A DNA stretch of 46,760 nt from Deltaproteobacteria bacterium (GTDB lineage Bacteria > Desulfobacterota > JAENJC01): contig JACQYJ010000004.1 in the NCBI GenBank assembly GCA_016208525.1, positions 1-46,760 of the forward strand, in the 5' to 3' direction. The first letter of the stretch is position 1; each line of letters begins with the position of its first letter. The notes beneath the pieces were generated by a model that worked only from the letters and a program-made list of their open reading frames with translations, made no database searches and was not told the origin of the DNA. Both the position numbers and the translations under genes were made by a program. Of the stretch, positions 16,528-28,930 are shown piece after piece.

Positions 16528-17175
16528 ATGGAGGTTTCAGCAGCAAGCGTTAAAGAGCTCAGGGAAAAGACCGGGGCTGGATTTGTTGACTGCAAGAAGG
16601 CGCTGGAAGAAACTAACGGAGATATCGAGAAGGCCGTTGATTTTCTGAGACAGAAGGGGTTGTCGGCAGCGGCAAAAAAGTCCGGGAGGATTGCATCTGA
16701 AGGTGTTGTTGGCTCATACATCCACGGAGGCGGGAAGATCGGGGTTTTGATAGAGGTCAACTGCGAAACCGACTTTGTGGCAAAAAATGAGGACTTCCTT
16801 AACTTCGTGAAGGATGTATGCATGCATATAGCAGCAGTGAACCCTGTCTGCGTTGAAAGAAGAGAACTCCCTCATGAGAGCATGGAAAGGGAAAGAGCGG
16901 TAGTCAAGGCCCAGGCGCTGGAATCAGGGAAGCCTGAAAAGGTCATAGAAAAGATAGTCGAAGGCAGGATGGAGAAGTTTTATGCCGAAAGCTGCCTTCT
17001 GGAGCAGCCCTTTGTAAAAAATCCGGACATCACTATCTCCGATTACCTCAACCAGACTGTAGCCAAGATCGGCGAGAAGATAAGCATAAGGCGGTTTACC
17101 AGATATCAAATGGGCGAAGGCCTGGAAAAGAAATCAGCCGATTTTGCGGCAGAGGTCGCTGCAGCAATAAAATAA
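16528..17175 (+). CDS. tsf: Elongation factor Ts (short form)
   Basis: [21 protein letters not shown] is the UBA-like N-terminus. The gene follows rpsB. Confidence 0.95.
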   Translation: MEVSAASVKELREKTGAGFVDCKKALEETNGDIEKAVDFLRQKGLSAAAKKSGRIASEGVVGSYIHGGGKIGVLIEVNCETDFVAKNEDFLNFVKDVCMHIAAVNPVCVERRELPHESMERERAVVKAQALESGKPEKVIEKIVEGRMEKFYAESCLLEQPFVKNPDITISDYLNQTVAKIGEKISIRRFTRYQMGEGLEKKSADFAAEVAAAIK

Positions 17176-17199
17176 ATTTCCGTAAACTGTGAACCGTAA

Positions 17200-18556
<1,357 letters not shown>

Positions 18557-18626
18557 CCTGCTGCGTCCCCTCTCTTATCCACACCACACTTGTAAACCCC
18601 CCCTCTTTGTGTTAACTTTACCCGGC

Positions 18627-19367
18627 ATGGAAAGTCTCAATAAAGACAAACTCCCAACACACATCGCAATCATCATGGACGGCAACGGCAGATGGGCCCA
18701 AAAGCGGCTTCTGAACCGGGTCGTAGGGCATGAAAAAGGCATAGATGCCGTAAGGCGTGTAGTTCGGCTTTCCAGGGAGTTGGGGATTAAATATCTCACT
18801 CTTTATGCCTTTTCCAATGAAAACTGGAACAGGCCGTCCATAGAGGTTTCCGCCCTAATGAAGATCCTCAACAAGTACCTGCTTAAGGAACTTCCTGAGA
18901 TGATGAAAAACTCGATAAGGCTCAGCGCCATAGGGAGGCTTGACCTGCTCCCTGCGGCTGCACAGAAGACCCTGCAACACTGCATTAAGGAGACGGAGAA
19001 CAATAAAGGGATGGTGTTGAACCTTGCCCTGAGTTACGGTGGAAGGACTGAGATAATAGACGCCGTTCGCAGGATCACGAGCGACCTTGATAAAGGTACG
19101 GTTAGAACAGAAGATATAACAGAGGAGATCTTCTCCAGTTATCTGTATACAGCAGGGATGCCGGACCCTGACTTCCTTATCAGGACCAGCGGAGAGATGA
19201 GGGTAAGTAATTTCCTTCTGTGGCAGATCGCCTATGCCGAGATATACGTCACAGATACGTTATGGCCTGATTTCAGTAACGAGGACCTCATAACTGCCCT
19301 CCTTGACTTCCAGAAGAGGGAGAGGAGATTCGGGCTGACAGGCACTCAGATTGCTAAAAGGAGATAG
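18627..19367 (+). CDS. uppS: Isoprenyl transferase (undecaprenyl diphosphate synthase)
   Basis: HIAIIMDGNGRWA..LTLYAFSNENWNRP..RTSGE.R.SNFLLWQ. ATG 18627 is preferred over the track's GTG at 18609. Confidence 0.9.
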   Translation: MESLNKDKLPTHIAIIMDGNGRWAQKRLLNRVVGHEKGIDAVRRVVRLSRELGIKYLTLYAFSNENWNRPSIEVSALMKILNKYLLKELPEMMKNSIRLSAIGRLDLLPAAAQKTLQHCIKETENNKGMVLNLALSYGGRTEIIDAVRRITSDLDKGTVRTEDITEEIFSSYLYTAGMPDPDFLIRTSGEMRVSNFLLWQIAYAEIYVTDTLWPDFSNEDLITALLDFQKRERRFGLTGTQIAKRR

Positions 19368-19369
19368 GT

Positions 19370-20176
19370 TTGCATCTAAAAAGGATCATTGCCGCGCTTA
19401 TCTTAACACCTCTATTTCTCCTTTTGATCATTAGGGGGTCCTACGTTCACTACTCCATGTTAGTCGTTGTCCTTGCGTCCCTGGGGCTATGGGAATACTT
19501 CAATCTGATCGGGGATCGCGTTGACAGGAGGCTGAGGAATATAGGGATACTCTGGGGCATCCTGTTGGCTGGCGGCTTCCATGTTGGAAGCAGCGAGGTA
19601 ATAATAGCCATGCTGACCTTAGGTTTTATCTCCGTCTGCCTTATCAGGCTTTCAAAGGTTGGCGATCTAGGCACAGTATTCCAGGAGATAGGATACACAT
19701 TCCTGGGTCCGCTCTATGTTGGCCTTCTATTAGGACACCTCTCGCTCATACGTTCAACTCTGGAAGGGAGAGAGTGGACCCTCCTTCTTTTCTTCACGAT
19801 ATGGATGGGAGATATAGCCGCCTTCTATACCGGGCTTTCAATAGGCAAACACAAACTCTATCCGGAGATAAGCCCGAACAAGACCATCGAAGGCGCAATC
19901 GGGGGAACACTCGGATGCTTTATAGTTGTAACGGCAGCCAAGGTCTTTTATATGGACCAACTGAGCGTGATGGATGTGCTGATAATATCTGTCGGTATTT
20001 CAGTGATGGGACAGTTGGGAGACCTCTGCGAGTCCATGTTCAAAAGGGCTGCTGGAGTGAAAGATTCCGGGAACCTGATCCCCGGTCACGGCGGGATACT
20101 CGACAGGTTCGACAGCGTCCTCTTTGCAGCCCCCTTCCTCTATTATTATCTGGTCTTCATCAGGGGTATTAATTGA
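19370..20176 (+). CDS. cdsA: Phosphatidate cytidylyltransferase
   Basis: 268 aa, polytopic, with the C-terminal signature SMFKRAAGVKDSGNLIPGHGGILDRFDS. TTG start. Confidence 0.85.
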   Translation: MHLKRIIAALILTPLFLLLIIRGSYVHYSMLVVVLASLGLWEYFNLIGDRVDRRLRNIGILWGILLAGGFHVGSSEVIIAMLTLGFISVCLIRLSKVGDLGTVFQEIGYTFLGPLYVGLLLGHLSLIRSTLEGREWTLLLFFTIWMGDIAAFYTGLSIGKHKLYPEISPNKTIEGAIGGTLGCFIVVTAAKVFYMDQLSVMDVLIISVGISVMGQLGDLCESMFKRAAGVKDSGNLIPGHGGILDRFDSVLFAAPFLYYYLVFIRGIN

Positions 20177-20220
20177 CAATTGAGTTTAACCTATTGGGTT
20201 TTTCCTCCGGCATCTTTACC

Positions 20221-20249
20221 TTGACAACCCTTTACAAAATCACTAATCT
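20221..20249 (+). promoter_or_regulatory. Candidate sigma70-type promoter for the liv-like operon
   Basis: TTGACA (20221-20226), a 17-nt spacer, then TAATCT (20244-20249). SD aaggagg lies 7 nt before ATG 20327. Confidence 0.4.
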
Positions 20250-20326
20250 AAATCCTCAGAGGTCATGGATCAACAGTGGCTTGAAGGTTATTGACCTGAA
20301 AATCTTATAACAAGGAGGTCTCCAAA

Positions 20327-21454
20327 ATGCCGGAATCATCATATTTTAAAATCTTGTCTGTCTTAATACTTATTACTCTTCCCCTTTTCGGATGCAAGAA
20401 AGGTGAGGAGCCTGTTGCAAATGTTATAAAGATAGGGACTGCCGGGCCGATGACGGGTGATCAAAGCGCATTCGGTCAGGACCAGCAGAATGGTGTAAAG
20501 CTGGCAGTTGAAGAGTGGAACCTGAAGGGAGGTGTTCTGGGAAAGAAGATAGAACTTGTTGTCGGAGACGACCAGCATGATCCTAAACAGGCAGTTTCTG
20601 TTGCCAACAAGATGGTGAATGACGGTGTAGCAGGCATGGTAGGTCATTTTAACTCTTCATGCTCTATCCCAGCCTCGAAGATATATAACGAGCAGAAAAT
20701 CCCTATGATCACCCACGGCTCAACCAACCCACAGTTAACAGAACAGAACTTCAAAGGGATATTCAGGGTTTGCGGGAGGGATGACCAGCAGGGGAAGAAG
20801 GCGGCGGAGTTAGTCATAAATGAACTGAAGGCGAAAAGTGTGGCCATACTCCATGATAAGACCACCTACGGCCAGGGGTTGGCCGACGAGTTCAGGAAGG
20901 GCGTTGAGGGACAGGTAAAGGTCACATATCATGGCGGGTTGACCCAGGGGGACAAGGATTTTTCGGCAGCGCTGACTAATGTGAAGACTGGGAACCCTGA
21001 TCTGATATATTTTGGAGGGATATATCCGGAAGGAGGCCTTCTTGTAAAGCAGTCCAGGGCATTAGGTATAAAAGCCCCGCTTATGAGCGGTGACGGGGTG
21101 ATTGGAGAAGAGTTCCTGAATATTGCAGGCGCTGATGCAGAGGGGACATATGCGACCTTTGCCCCTGACGTCAATAAAATACCTTCCGCAGCAGGTTTTG
21201 TGCGGACATACACCAAAAAACATGGCAAGCCCGGCCCCTACTCCGTTTATGCCTATGTGGCGGCAAATATCCTCCTGCATGGGATAAAGGATGCCAATAG
21301 CGCTGACGGCGAAAAGATATCCGAGGCCATCCATAAGATTAAGTATGACGGCGCCTTGGGAAGCATAGAATTCGATGAAAAAGGTGATGTGAAGATGTCC
21401 CCCTATGTTATCTGGCAGGTAAAGGGCGGGAAGTGGGAGCAGATAAGCAAGTAG
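20327..21454 (+). CDS. Branched-chain amino acid ABC transporter substrate-binding lipoprotein (LivJ/K-like)
   Basis: 375 aa. It has a lipoprotein-type signal (LPLFGC) and the type I periplasmic binding fold pattern GPMTGDQSAFG..GHFNSS. Confidence 0.85.
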   Translation: MPESSYFKILSVLILITLPLFGCKKGEEPVANVIKIGTAGPMTGDQSAFGQDQQNGVKLAVEEWNLKGGVLGKKIELVVGDDQHDPKQAVSVANKMVNDGVAGMVGHFNSSCSIPASKIYNEQKIPMITHGSTNPQLTEQNFKGIFRVCGRDDQQGKKAAELVINELKAKSVAILHDKTTYGQGLADEFRKGVEGQVKVTYHGGLTQGDKDFSAALTNVKTGNPDLIYFGGIYPEGGLLVKQSRALGIKAPLMSGDGVIGEEFLNIAGADAEGTYATFAPDVNKIPSAAGFVRTYTKKHGKPGPYSVYAYVAANILLHGIKDANSADGEKISEAIHKIKYDGALGSIEFDEKGDVKMSPYVIWQVKGGKWEQISK

Positions 21455-22354
21455 ATGTTTTTACAGCAACTAATAAACGGCCTTACAGTCGGCAGCGTAT
21501 ATGCCCTGATAGCCCTCGGATATACCATGGTTTACGGCATCCTGGGGCTCATCAATTTCGCCCACGGCGAGATATATATGACAGGGGCATATCTGGGGGT
21601 GATATTCTTCGGGATATTTACCGTAATGGGACTGACTGCAAAGAGCCTTACCCTTTCGATTATACTTACCTTTATCCTGTCAATCGTCTATTCGTCGGCA
21701 TACGGTTATACCATTGAGAAGATCGCTTACAGACCTCTACGCCATGCGCCGAGGTTGTCTCCGCTGATTACAGCTCTCGGTGTCTCCATATTCCTTCAGA
21801 ACTATGTCATGCTTTCTCAGGGGGCTAAGGACAAGGTCTTCCCGACTATCTTGTCAGGAGGCTTTACCATTGGTAACGCCACCGTCAGCAATCTGCAGAT
21901 ATTCATAATGGTTACATCTGTTGTCCTGATGGTACTCCTCCATCTCTTCATCACAAAGACGAGGATTGGGACTGCCATGCGGGCCACTGCCCAGGACAAG
22001 AAGATGGCGTCCCTCTTAGGGATCAATGTGGACAATGTTATTTCAGCGACCTTCATAATAGGCTCCGGCCTTGCCGCAGCCGGAGGAATGATGATAGCCA
22101 TGCATTACGGTCTTATCAATTTTTACATGGGTTATGTGGCGGGACTTAAGGCATTTACCGCAGCCGTCCTCGGCGGGATCGGAAATATCCCGGGCGCCAT
22201 GCTCGGAGGGATCGTCCTTGGCCTTGTAGAAGCGTTGGGGGCCGGATACATATCCTCGGAATATAAAGATGTATTTGCGTTCGGCATACTTATACTCGTC
22301 CTGCTTTTCAAGCCGTCAGGGCTATTAGGAGAAAATCTTCAAGAAAAAGTCTAA
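21455..22354 (+). CDS. livH: Branched-chain amino acid ABC transporter permease (LivH-like)
   Basis: 299 aa with MFLQQLINGLTVGSVYALIALGYTMVYG..NFAHGE. Confidence 0.9.
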   Translation: MFLQQLINGLTVGSVYALIALGYTMVYGILGLINFAHGEIYMTGAYLGVIFFGIFTVMGLTAKSLTLSIILTFILSIVYSSAYGYTIEKIAYRPLRHAPRLSPLITALGVSIFLQNYVMLSQGAKDKVFPTILSGGFTIGNATVSNLQIFIMVTSVVLMVLLHLFITKTRIGTAMRATAQDKKMASLLGINVDNVISATFIIGSGLAAAGGMMIAMHYGLINFYMGYVAGLKAFTAAVLGGIGNIPGAMLGGIVLGLVEALGAGYISSEYKDVFAFGILILVLLFKPSGLLGENLQEKV

Positions 22355-22453
22355 AGGCTAAAAGCTACCGCAGAGACGCGGAGACGCAGAGAAATCTAAC
22401 GCCCCCTCGCTCCCCCTCTTTAATAAAGAGGGGGATGGGGGGAGTTTTCGGCG

Positions 22454-23668
22454 GTGAAAAGGGTTTTATTTGATATGCTGACTTATTTACTAATCCCATT
22501 ATGGTTCGTCCTCCTCACCCTGCCTTTCCTCGGTATCTCAGGGTCTATCAAACTCGGAGCAGTTCTCCTTGTTTGCAGCGCATTTATAAAAATCGTAGAG
22601 ACGCAATATATTGCGTCTCTACCGAATATCTTGGAAAATAGGGTTGAAAGGATTAAGAACAGGGCCAAAAAAATTGACGGCAGGCTGAACATGGGAGTCA
22701 TGCTGCTTATTCTGGTACTGCTCCCCTTCACCCTTAACCGCTATTCCATAGACATCGCTATTATTGCCGGGATTTACATAGTCCTTGCGTTGGGGTTAAA
22801 CATAGTAGTGGGTCTTGCGGGGCTTCTTGCCCTTGGTTATATCGCTTTTTATGCAGTTGGCGCATATACCTTTGCATTGCTCTCTACCCAGTATCATGTT
22901 TCGTTCTGGACGGCATTGCCGATTGGCGGTTTACTTGCGGCTGTCTTCGGCCTCCTCCTTGGAGCGCCCACGCTCCGGCTCCGTGGCGACTATCTTGCCA
23001 TTGTCACTCTGGGCTTTGGTGAAATAACAAGGATAATCCTGAACAACTGGGATGCGTTAACCGGCGGTCCAAACGGGGTAATGGACATAGGAAGGCCGGA
23101 GATATTTGGTTACAGGTTCAACACCCCTGCTGCCTTTTACTATCTGATCCTGATAATGGCTATAATTACGGCTACAGTGGTTAAGAGACTGAATGAATCC
23201 AGGATTGGAAGGGCCTGGGTTGCAATCAGGGAAGATGAGGTCGCTGCAGAGGCCATGGGGATAGACACAACAAAGATGAAGCTTCTGGCCTTCTCTCTCG
23301 GGGCTGCCATAGCAGGTATTGCAGGCGTATTTTATGCGGCAAAGATGAGTTTCGTCTCTCCTGAGAGCTTCACATTCCTTGAATCCATAATCATCCTCTG
23401 TATGGTGGTTATTGGCGGGATAGGGAGCATCCCGGGCGTTATCCTCGGCGCAGTTGTATTAATTGTCCTCCCTGAGACCCTGCGGGAGTTTCAGGACTAC
23501 AGGATGCTTGTCTTTGGCGCATCAATGGTCATTATGATGATATTCAGACCTCAGGGCCTTCTGGGCAGCTCGGCGAGGCGTATGGAGCTTGAGCCTGTGG
23601 ATGAAAGGGCGCTGGGGCATGAAGATGAGTCGCTGTATGATATTAAGAAGGGTGAGAGGTTGGAATAA
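22454..23668 (+). CDS. livM: Branched-chain amino acid ABC transporter permease (LivM-like, with N-terminal extension)
   Basis: 404 aa with LGLNIVVGLAGLLALGYIAFYAVGAY..LRLRGDYLAIVTLGFGEI. GTG start. Confidence 0.85.
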   Translation: MKRVLFDMLTYLLIPLWFVLLTLPFLGISGSIKLGAVLLVCSAFIKIVETQYIASLPNILENRVERIKNRAKKIDGRLNMGVMLLILVLLPFTLNRYSIDIAIIAGIYIVLALGLNIVVGLAGLLALGYIAFYAVGAYTFALLSTQYHVSFWTALPIGGLLAAVFGLLLGAPTLRLRGDYLAIVTLGFGEITRIILNNWDALTGGPNGVMDIGRPEIFGYRFNTPAAFYYLILIMAIITATVVKRLNESRIGRAWVAIREDEVAAEAMGIDTTKMKLLAFSLGAAIAGIAGVFYAAKMSFVSPESFTFLESIIILCMVVIGGIGSIPGVILGAVVLIVLPETLREFQDYRMLVFGASMVIMMIFRPQGLLGSSARRMELEPVDERALGHEDESLYDIKKGERLE

Positions 23669-23673
23669 TAAAG

Positions 23674-25746
23674 ATGAAGGACGATAAAAAGACAAAGGAA
23701 CAACTGCAACATGAACTGAAGGCGTTGCGGTTAAAGGTTGCCGAACTGGAGGCAACGGAGGCTGTGCGCAAACTTACGGAAGAAAAACTTCGTAAGAGCG
23801 AGGCCAGCCTTGCAAATGCCCAGAGGATCGCCCGTCTCGGCAACTGGGACTGGGATATAGTAAATAACGAGCTGGCCTGGTCTGACGAGATATATCGCAT
23901 CTTCGGCGTGGAACCTCGTGAGTTCGCGGCCACTTATAAGGCATTTCTTGAATATGTCCACCCTGACGACAGGGAGCTTGTCAAGAAAGCGGTTGACGTG
24001 GCATTATCCGGCGGGGAAGATTATAGCATTGACCATCGCATAGTTTTGCCGGACGGGGCTATCCGCATTGTCCATGAACGCGCAGAGGTTGTATTTGATG
24101 CTTCATGCGAGCCTGTCAGAATGATCGGGACTGCGCAGGATGTGACCGAGCACAAGAAGATTGAGGAAGAGCTTCGTAAGCTCTCAATGGCGATTGAGCA
24201 CAGCGTCAATATCGTATTTATTACGGACAAGGAAGGGAATATCGAGTATGTAAACCCGATGTTTGAGAAGGTCACCGGATGGGACAGGGTGGATGTTATC
24301 GGCAAGACACCGAGGATACTTGGCTCCGGCGAGACGACAGGGGCGGAATACGAAGAGTTGTGGAAGACTATTGATGCAGGGAAAACATGGCGGGGGTCAT
24401 TTAAAAACAAGAGGAAGGACGGACGGCCTTATTGGGGTAATGGCGTAATCACGCCTATTAATAACGAGAAAGGGGAGATAACCCATTTCCTTGCCGTTCA
24501 GGAGGATATAACCGAGAGGAGAATCAGTGAAGAAAGGGCCAGCTACCTTGCAAGCCACGATGAGTTGACCGGCCTTGTTAACCGGATAAGGTTCATAGAG
24601 CTTCTTAACGGATGGATATATGTCAGGACGCATAGTCCCGGAGTCCTGCTGTTGCTGAATATTGACGATTTCAAGCTGATCAATGATGTATACGGCCACG
24701 GCCTGGGAGATGAACTCCTGCGGTCTATGGCCGGTTTCCTTCAGAGCCTCCTTAAAGAATCAGAGGCGCAATACATAAAAACCTCCGGAGAAATTATTGC
24801 AGGCCGCATGGGAGGGGATGAGTTTGCAGTCTTTTTGCCATACTTCGGTGAGAGGGAGGGGACGGATTTAGCCGAACGCATCCGGGGGATGGTAGAAGCT
24901 TCCCGCCCGGTGGATGGAGATATCCATATAACGGTAAGTGCCGGTGTAGCGCTTTATCCGGGACATTCGGCAACTGCCAGCGGTTTGCTTGCAAAGGCCG
25001 GTGCGGCGGTGTCCCGCGCCAAGGAAAATGGCCGCAACAGATGCCATCTATACTGTCCAGGGGATATGTATCTGGAGAATATCTATTCAAGGCTTGCAGA
25101 AAAGGCCGCTATCCAGAAGGCGCTGTCAGACGACCGTTTTGTTCCATGGTTCCAGCCGATACTCTGCCTCAAAGACAATAAGGCGCACCATTATGAGGCC
25201 CTCGCCCGCATGAGGGACGAAAAGGGGAGCATCCTTTTACCAGAGGTATTTATAGACACTGCGGAGAGGTTTGGCCTGATCGGGGCCATTGACAGGGTCA
25301 TTACAGAGAAGACCATGATCTGTCAGGCAGAGATGGGGAGGCAGAAGAAGCACGTATCTTTTGGAATGAACCTTTCCGGGAAGGACCTGGGTGATGAGGA
25401 TATCCTGCTTTTCCTGCAATCCAGGATCAAGTTTATCTCTGAATTAAAGGCGATGGGGTGCCGGTTTTCGCTTGATGATTTTGGCGTCGGGTTCACATCC
25501 TTTGTGTACCTGAAAAAGATGCAGGTTGATTATATCAAGATAGACGGTTTTTTTGTCAGGCGGCTGCACGAAAATAAGGATGACCAGCACATCGTAAAGG
25601 CAATAACGGATGTCGCAAAGAGCATGGGGATCAAGACCGTTGCGGAATTTGTTGAGAATGAGGAAACCCTCCGGCTTCTCAGGGAGTATGGCGTTGATTA
25701 TGCCCAGGGGTATCTTATAGGAAAACCAGGGCCGGAGCTCCTTTAA
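23674..25746 (+). CDS. Coiled-coil / PAS / PAS / GGDEF / EAL signalling protein
   Basis: 690 aa. GNWDWD..W.DE.YRIFG marks a PAS_3-type domain, followed by a second PAS/PAC. The GGDEF domain has an intact RMGGDEF. The EAL domain has YEALAR..LDDFGVGFTSF..KIDG..QGY but appears to lack the (E)ITE segment. Confidence 0.9.
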   Translation: MKDDKKTKEQLQHELKALRLKVAELEATEAVRKLTEEKLRKSEASLANAQRIARLGNWDWDIVNNELAWSDEIYRIFGVEPREFAATYKAFLEYVHPDDRELVKKAVDVALSGGEDYSIDHRIVLPDGAIRIVHERAEVVFDASCEPVRMIGTAQDVTEHKKIEEELRKLSMAIEHSVNIVFITDKEGNIEYVNPMFEKVTGWDRVDVIGKTPRILGSGETTGAEYEELWKTIDAGKTWRGSFKNKRKDGRPYWGNGVITPINNEKGEITHFLAVQEDITERRISEERASYLASHDELTGLVNRIRFIELLNGWIYVRTHSPGVLLLLNIDDFKLINDVYGHGLGDELLRSMAGFLQSLLKESEAQYIKTSGEIIAGRMGGDEFAVFLPYFGEREGTDLAERIRGMVEASRPVDGDIHITVSAGVALYPGHSATASGLLAKAGAAVSRAKENGRNRCHLYCPGDMYLENIYSRLAEKAAIQKALSDDRFVPWFQPILCLKDNKAHHYEALARMRDEKGSILLPEVFIDTAERFGLIGAIDRVITEKTMICQAEMGRQKKHVSFGMNLSGKDLGDEDILLFLQSRIKFISELKAMGCRFSLDDFGVGFTSFVYLKKMQVDYIKIDGFFVRRLHENKDDQHIVKAITDVAKSMGIKTVAEFVENEETLRLLREYGVDYAQGYLIGKPGPELL

Positions 25747-25817
25747 AGTGGCCACTGACACCTGACCACTGGTTTTGATGTTTACCCTTCCCCCTTTTTC
25801 TGCTATCATCTCATTCC

Positions 25818-26462
25818 ATGGAAAAATCCAGGTATATCGTCATAGAGGGCCCCATAGGTGTTGGCAAGACCAGTCTTGTAAACCTCCTGATCGAGGAATT
25901 TGGCGGGAGGACAATTCTGGAGGATGTAGAAGGGAATCCATTCCTTTCCGGCTTCTACAGGGACAGGGATAGATACGCCTTTCAGACCCAGCTTTTCTTT
26001 CTACTTTCCAGATACAGACAGCAGTCGGAGATAAACCAGCAGGAGCTGTTCAGCCAGACCACTATTTCCGATTATCTGTTTGCAAAGGACAGGATATTTG
26101 CGGGCATTACCCTTGAAGAAAACGAACTCATCCTTTATGACCAGGTCTATCAGCTCCTTGATGCGAGGGTGCCCGAGCCAGACCTTGTCATCTATCTGCA
26201 GGCCGAGCCTGAAGTGCTTATGGAGAGGATCAGGAGACGGGGAAAGGGTTATGAAAAATCTATTTCACAGGCGTATCTCACAGACATTATACATGCCTAT
26301 AATGACTTTTTCTTCCATTTCAGCGAGACGCCTCTGCTTGTCATAAATACATCCCAGATAGACTTTGTCAAGAGGGGTGGGGATTTCAGCGACCTTGTAA
26401 AGGCAATAAAAAGAATGAAAAAGGGAACTCAGTATTTCTCCCCAATGGGGACGGGAGAATAG
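25818..26462 (+). CDS. Deoxynucleoside kinase family protein
   Basis: 214 aa with P-loop IVIEGPIGVGKTSL, FQTQLFFLLSRY and RIRRRGKGYE, a dNK/dCK-dGK-like layout. Confidence 0.8.
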   Translation: MEKSRYIVIEGPIGVGKTSLVNLLIEEFGGRTILEDVEGNPFLSGFYRDRDRYAFQTQLFFLLSRYRQQSEINQQELFSQTTISDYLFAKDRIFAGITLEENELILYDQVYQLLDARVPEPDLVIYLQAEPEVLMERIRRRGKGYEKSISQAYLTDIIHAYNDFFFHFSETPLLVINTSQIDFVKRGGDFSDLVKAIKRMKKGTQYFSPMGTGE

Positions 26463-26485
26463 TTTAGAGTTGGGAGTTGGGAGTA

Positions 26486-26545
26486 GGGGCGATCCGGCGG
26501 GTCGCCCAGTTCGCGTAGAATAGGGACTGTCCCCGGATTAAAGGG
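26486..26545. repeat. Palindromic element related to the GGGACAGTCCCC family, preceded by a GTTGGGA heptamer array (26463-26487)
   Basis: Sequence is ggggcgatccggcgggtcgcccagttcgcgtagaatagggactgtcccc. Confidence 0.7.
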
Positions 26546-26560
26546 AAACTGAGGAAAACT

Positions 26561-27358
26561 ATGGAAAAGAAAGTAACAGTCCTTGACATCCAGAAGATAA
26601 AGGATGATGGGCGTAAGATAACCATGCTGACCGCTTATGACTATCCCTTCGCAAGGATACTGGATTCAGCCGGGGTAGATATCCTCCTTGTCGGAGATTC
26701 GTCAGGTTCCGTGGTCGCCGGGTACGAAAATACCCTCCCTGTTACAATGGATGAGGTTATATACCATACAAGGGCAGTTGCCAGAGGCAGGAAAAAGGCC
26801 CTCATGGTGTCTGACATGCCATTTATGTCTTATCAGTTGAGCATCCCTGACGCAAGGTTTAACGCAGGTCGGTTTTTAAAGGAAGGCGGGGCCGAGGCGG
26901 TCAAGATCGAGGGAGGAGTCCAGATTAAGGATACCATAAAGGCCATAGTAGAGATAGATATACCGGTGATGGGGCATATAGGTCTTACCCCGCAATCGAT
27001 CCACAGGATGGGTGGATATAAGATACAGGGGAGAAAAGAGGGGCAGGCCGAGGCGTTACTTGCAGATGCCCTGGCCGTTGAAGAAGCCGGAGCTTTTGCC
27101 GTGGTATTGGAAGGCGTTACGGCAGCGCTCGCAGAAAAGATAACAAGAGAGCTTAGAATCCCGACGATAGGAATCGGGGCCGGGCCTCATTGCTCCGGGC
27201 AGGTGCTCGTTATCCATGACCTTCTCGGCCTTTCAGGAAGGAAGCTGAAGTTTGCAAGACAGTATGCCGACATGGAAAAGGTGATGTCTGAGGCCGTCAA
27301 AAAATATCTTGATGACGTAAAAAGCGGGAGCTTCCCTTCTGAAGAGGAGAGTTTTTAA
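26561..27358 (+). CDS. panB: 3-methyl-2-oxobutanoate hydroxymethyltransferase
   Basis: 265 aa with ITMLTAYDYPFA..LVGDS..MPF.SY..VKIEGG..GHIGLTPQS. Confidence 0.95.
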   Translation: MEKKVTVLDIQKIKDDGRKITMLTAYDYPFARILDSAGVDILLVGDSSGSVVAGYENTLPVTMDEVIYHTRAVARGRKKALMVSDMPFMSYQLSIPDARFNAGRFLKEGGAEAVKIEGGVQIKDTIKAIVEIDIPVMGHIGLTPQSIHRMGGYKIQGRKEGQAEALLADALAVEEAGAFAVVLEGVTAALAEKITRELRIPTIGIGAGPHCSGQVLVIHDLLGLSGRKLKFARQYADMEKVMSEAVKKYLDDVKSGSFPSEEESF

Positions 27359-27453
27359 AGGTGAGGTATGTTTCAACGACCAGGCTCAGTGGCGCGTTTT
27401 TATGTTTTTAGAGTTTTGCAAGACCCTCTTATTTCCTTTTCCGGGGAAGGGAA

Positions 27454-28683
<1,230 letters not shown>

Positions 28684-28757
28684 TTATGATTTTCACAGAG
28701 GTATAAATTAGTAACTCAGTGTAGATCATATTTTTTCTGTGTCTTTCTGTGTCTAAT

Positions 28758-28921
28758 CCTAAAAAAACATTTAGCCAGAGACTTTCACGGACAAAACACA
28801 GATATATTAAATACTTATCAAAAACAATAGAATCACCTTTTGGGTGAAACAGTTTTTCTTTTGAGATGCTTGCTTATCAGGGTTTGTCCGTGTTCGTCAG
28901 TGGCCAATTGCCGTTTTTAGG
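28758..28921. mobile_element. MITE copy 2 (complete, 164 bp) flanked by a 5-bp direct duplication CTAAT
   Basis: Imperfect ~40-bp terminal inverted repeats: cctaaaaaaacatttagccagagactttcacggacaaa on the left and tttgtccgtgttcgtcagtggccaattgccgtttttagg on the right. The conserved core tagaatcaccttttgggtgaa is present. ctaat is found at 28753-28757 and at 28922-28926. Confidence 0.8.
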
Positions 28922-28930
28922 CTAATGAAT

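Noticed and set aside
27359-27453. Possible intrinsic terminator between convergent panB and tgt (ccttttccggggaaggg)
   Set aside because: The stems that can be drawn are only 4-5 bp with no flanking U-run, which is not convincing.
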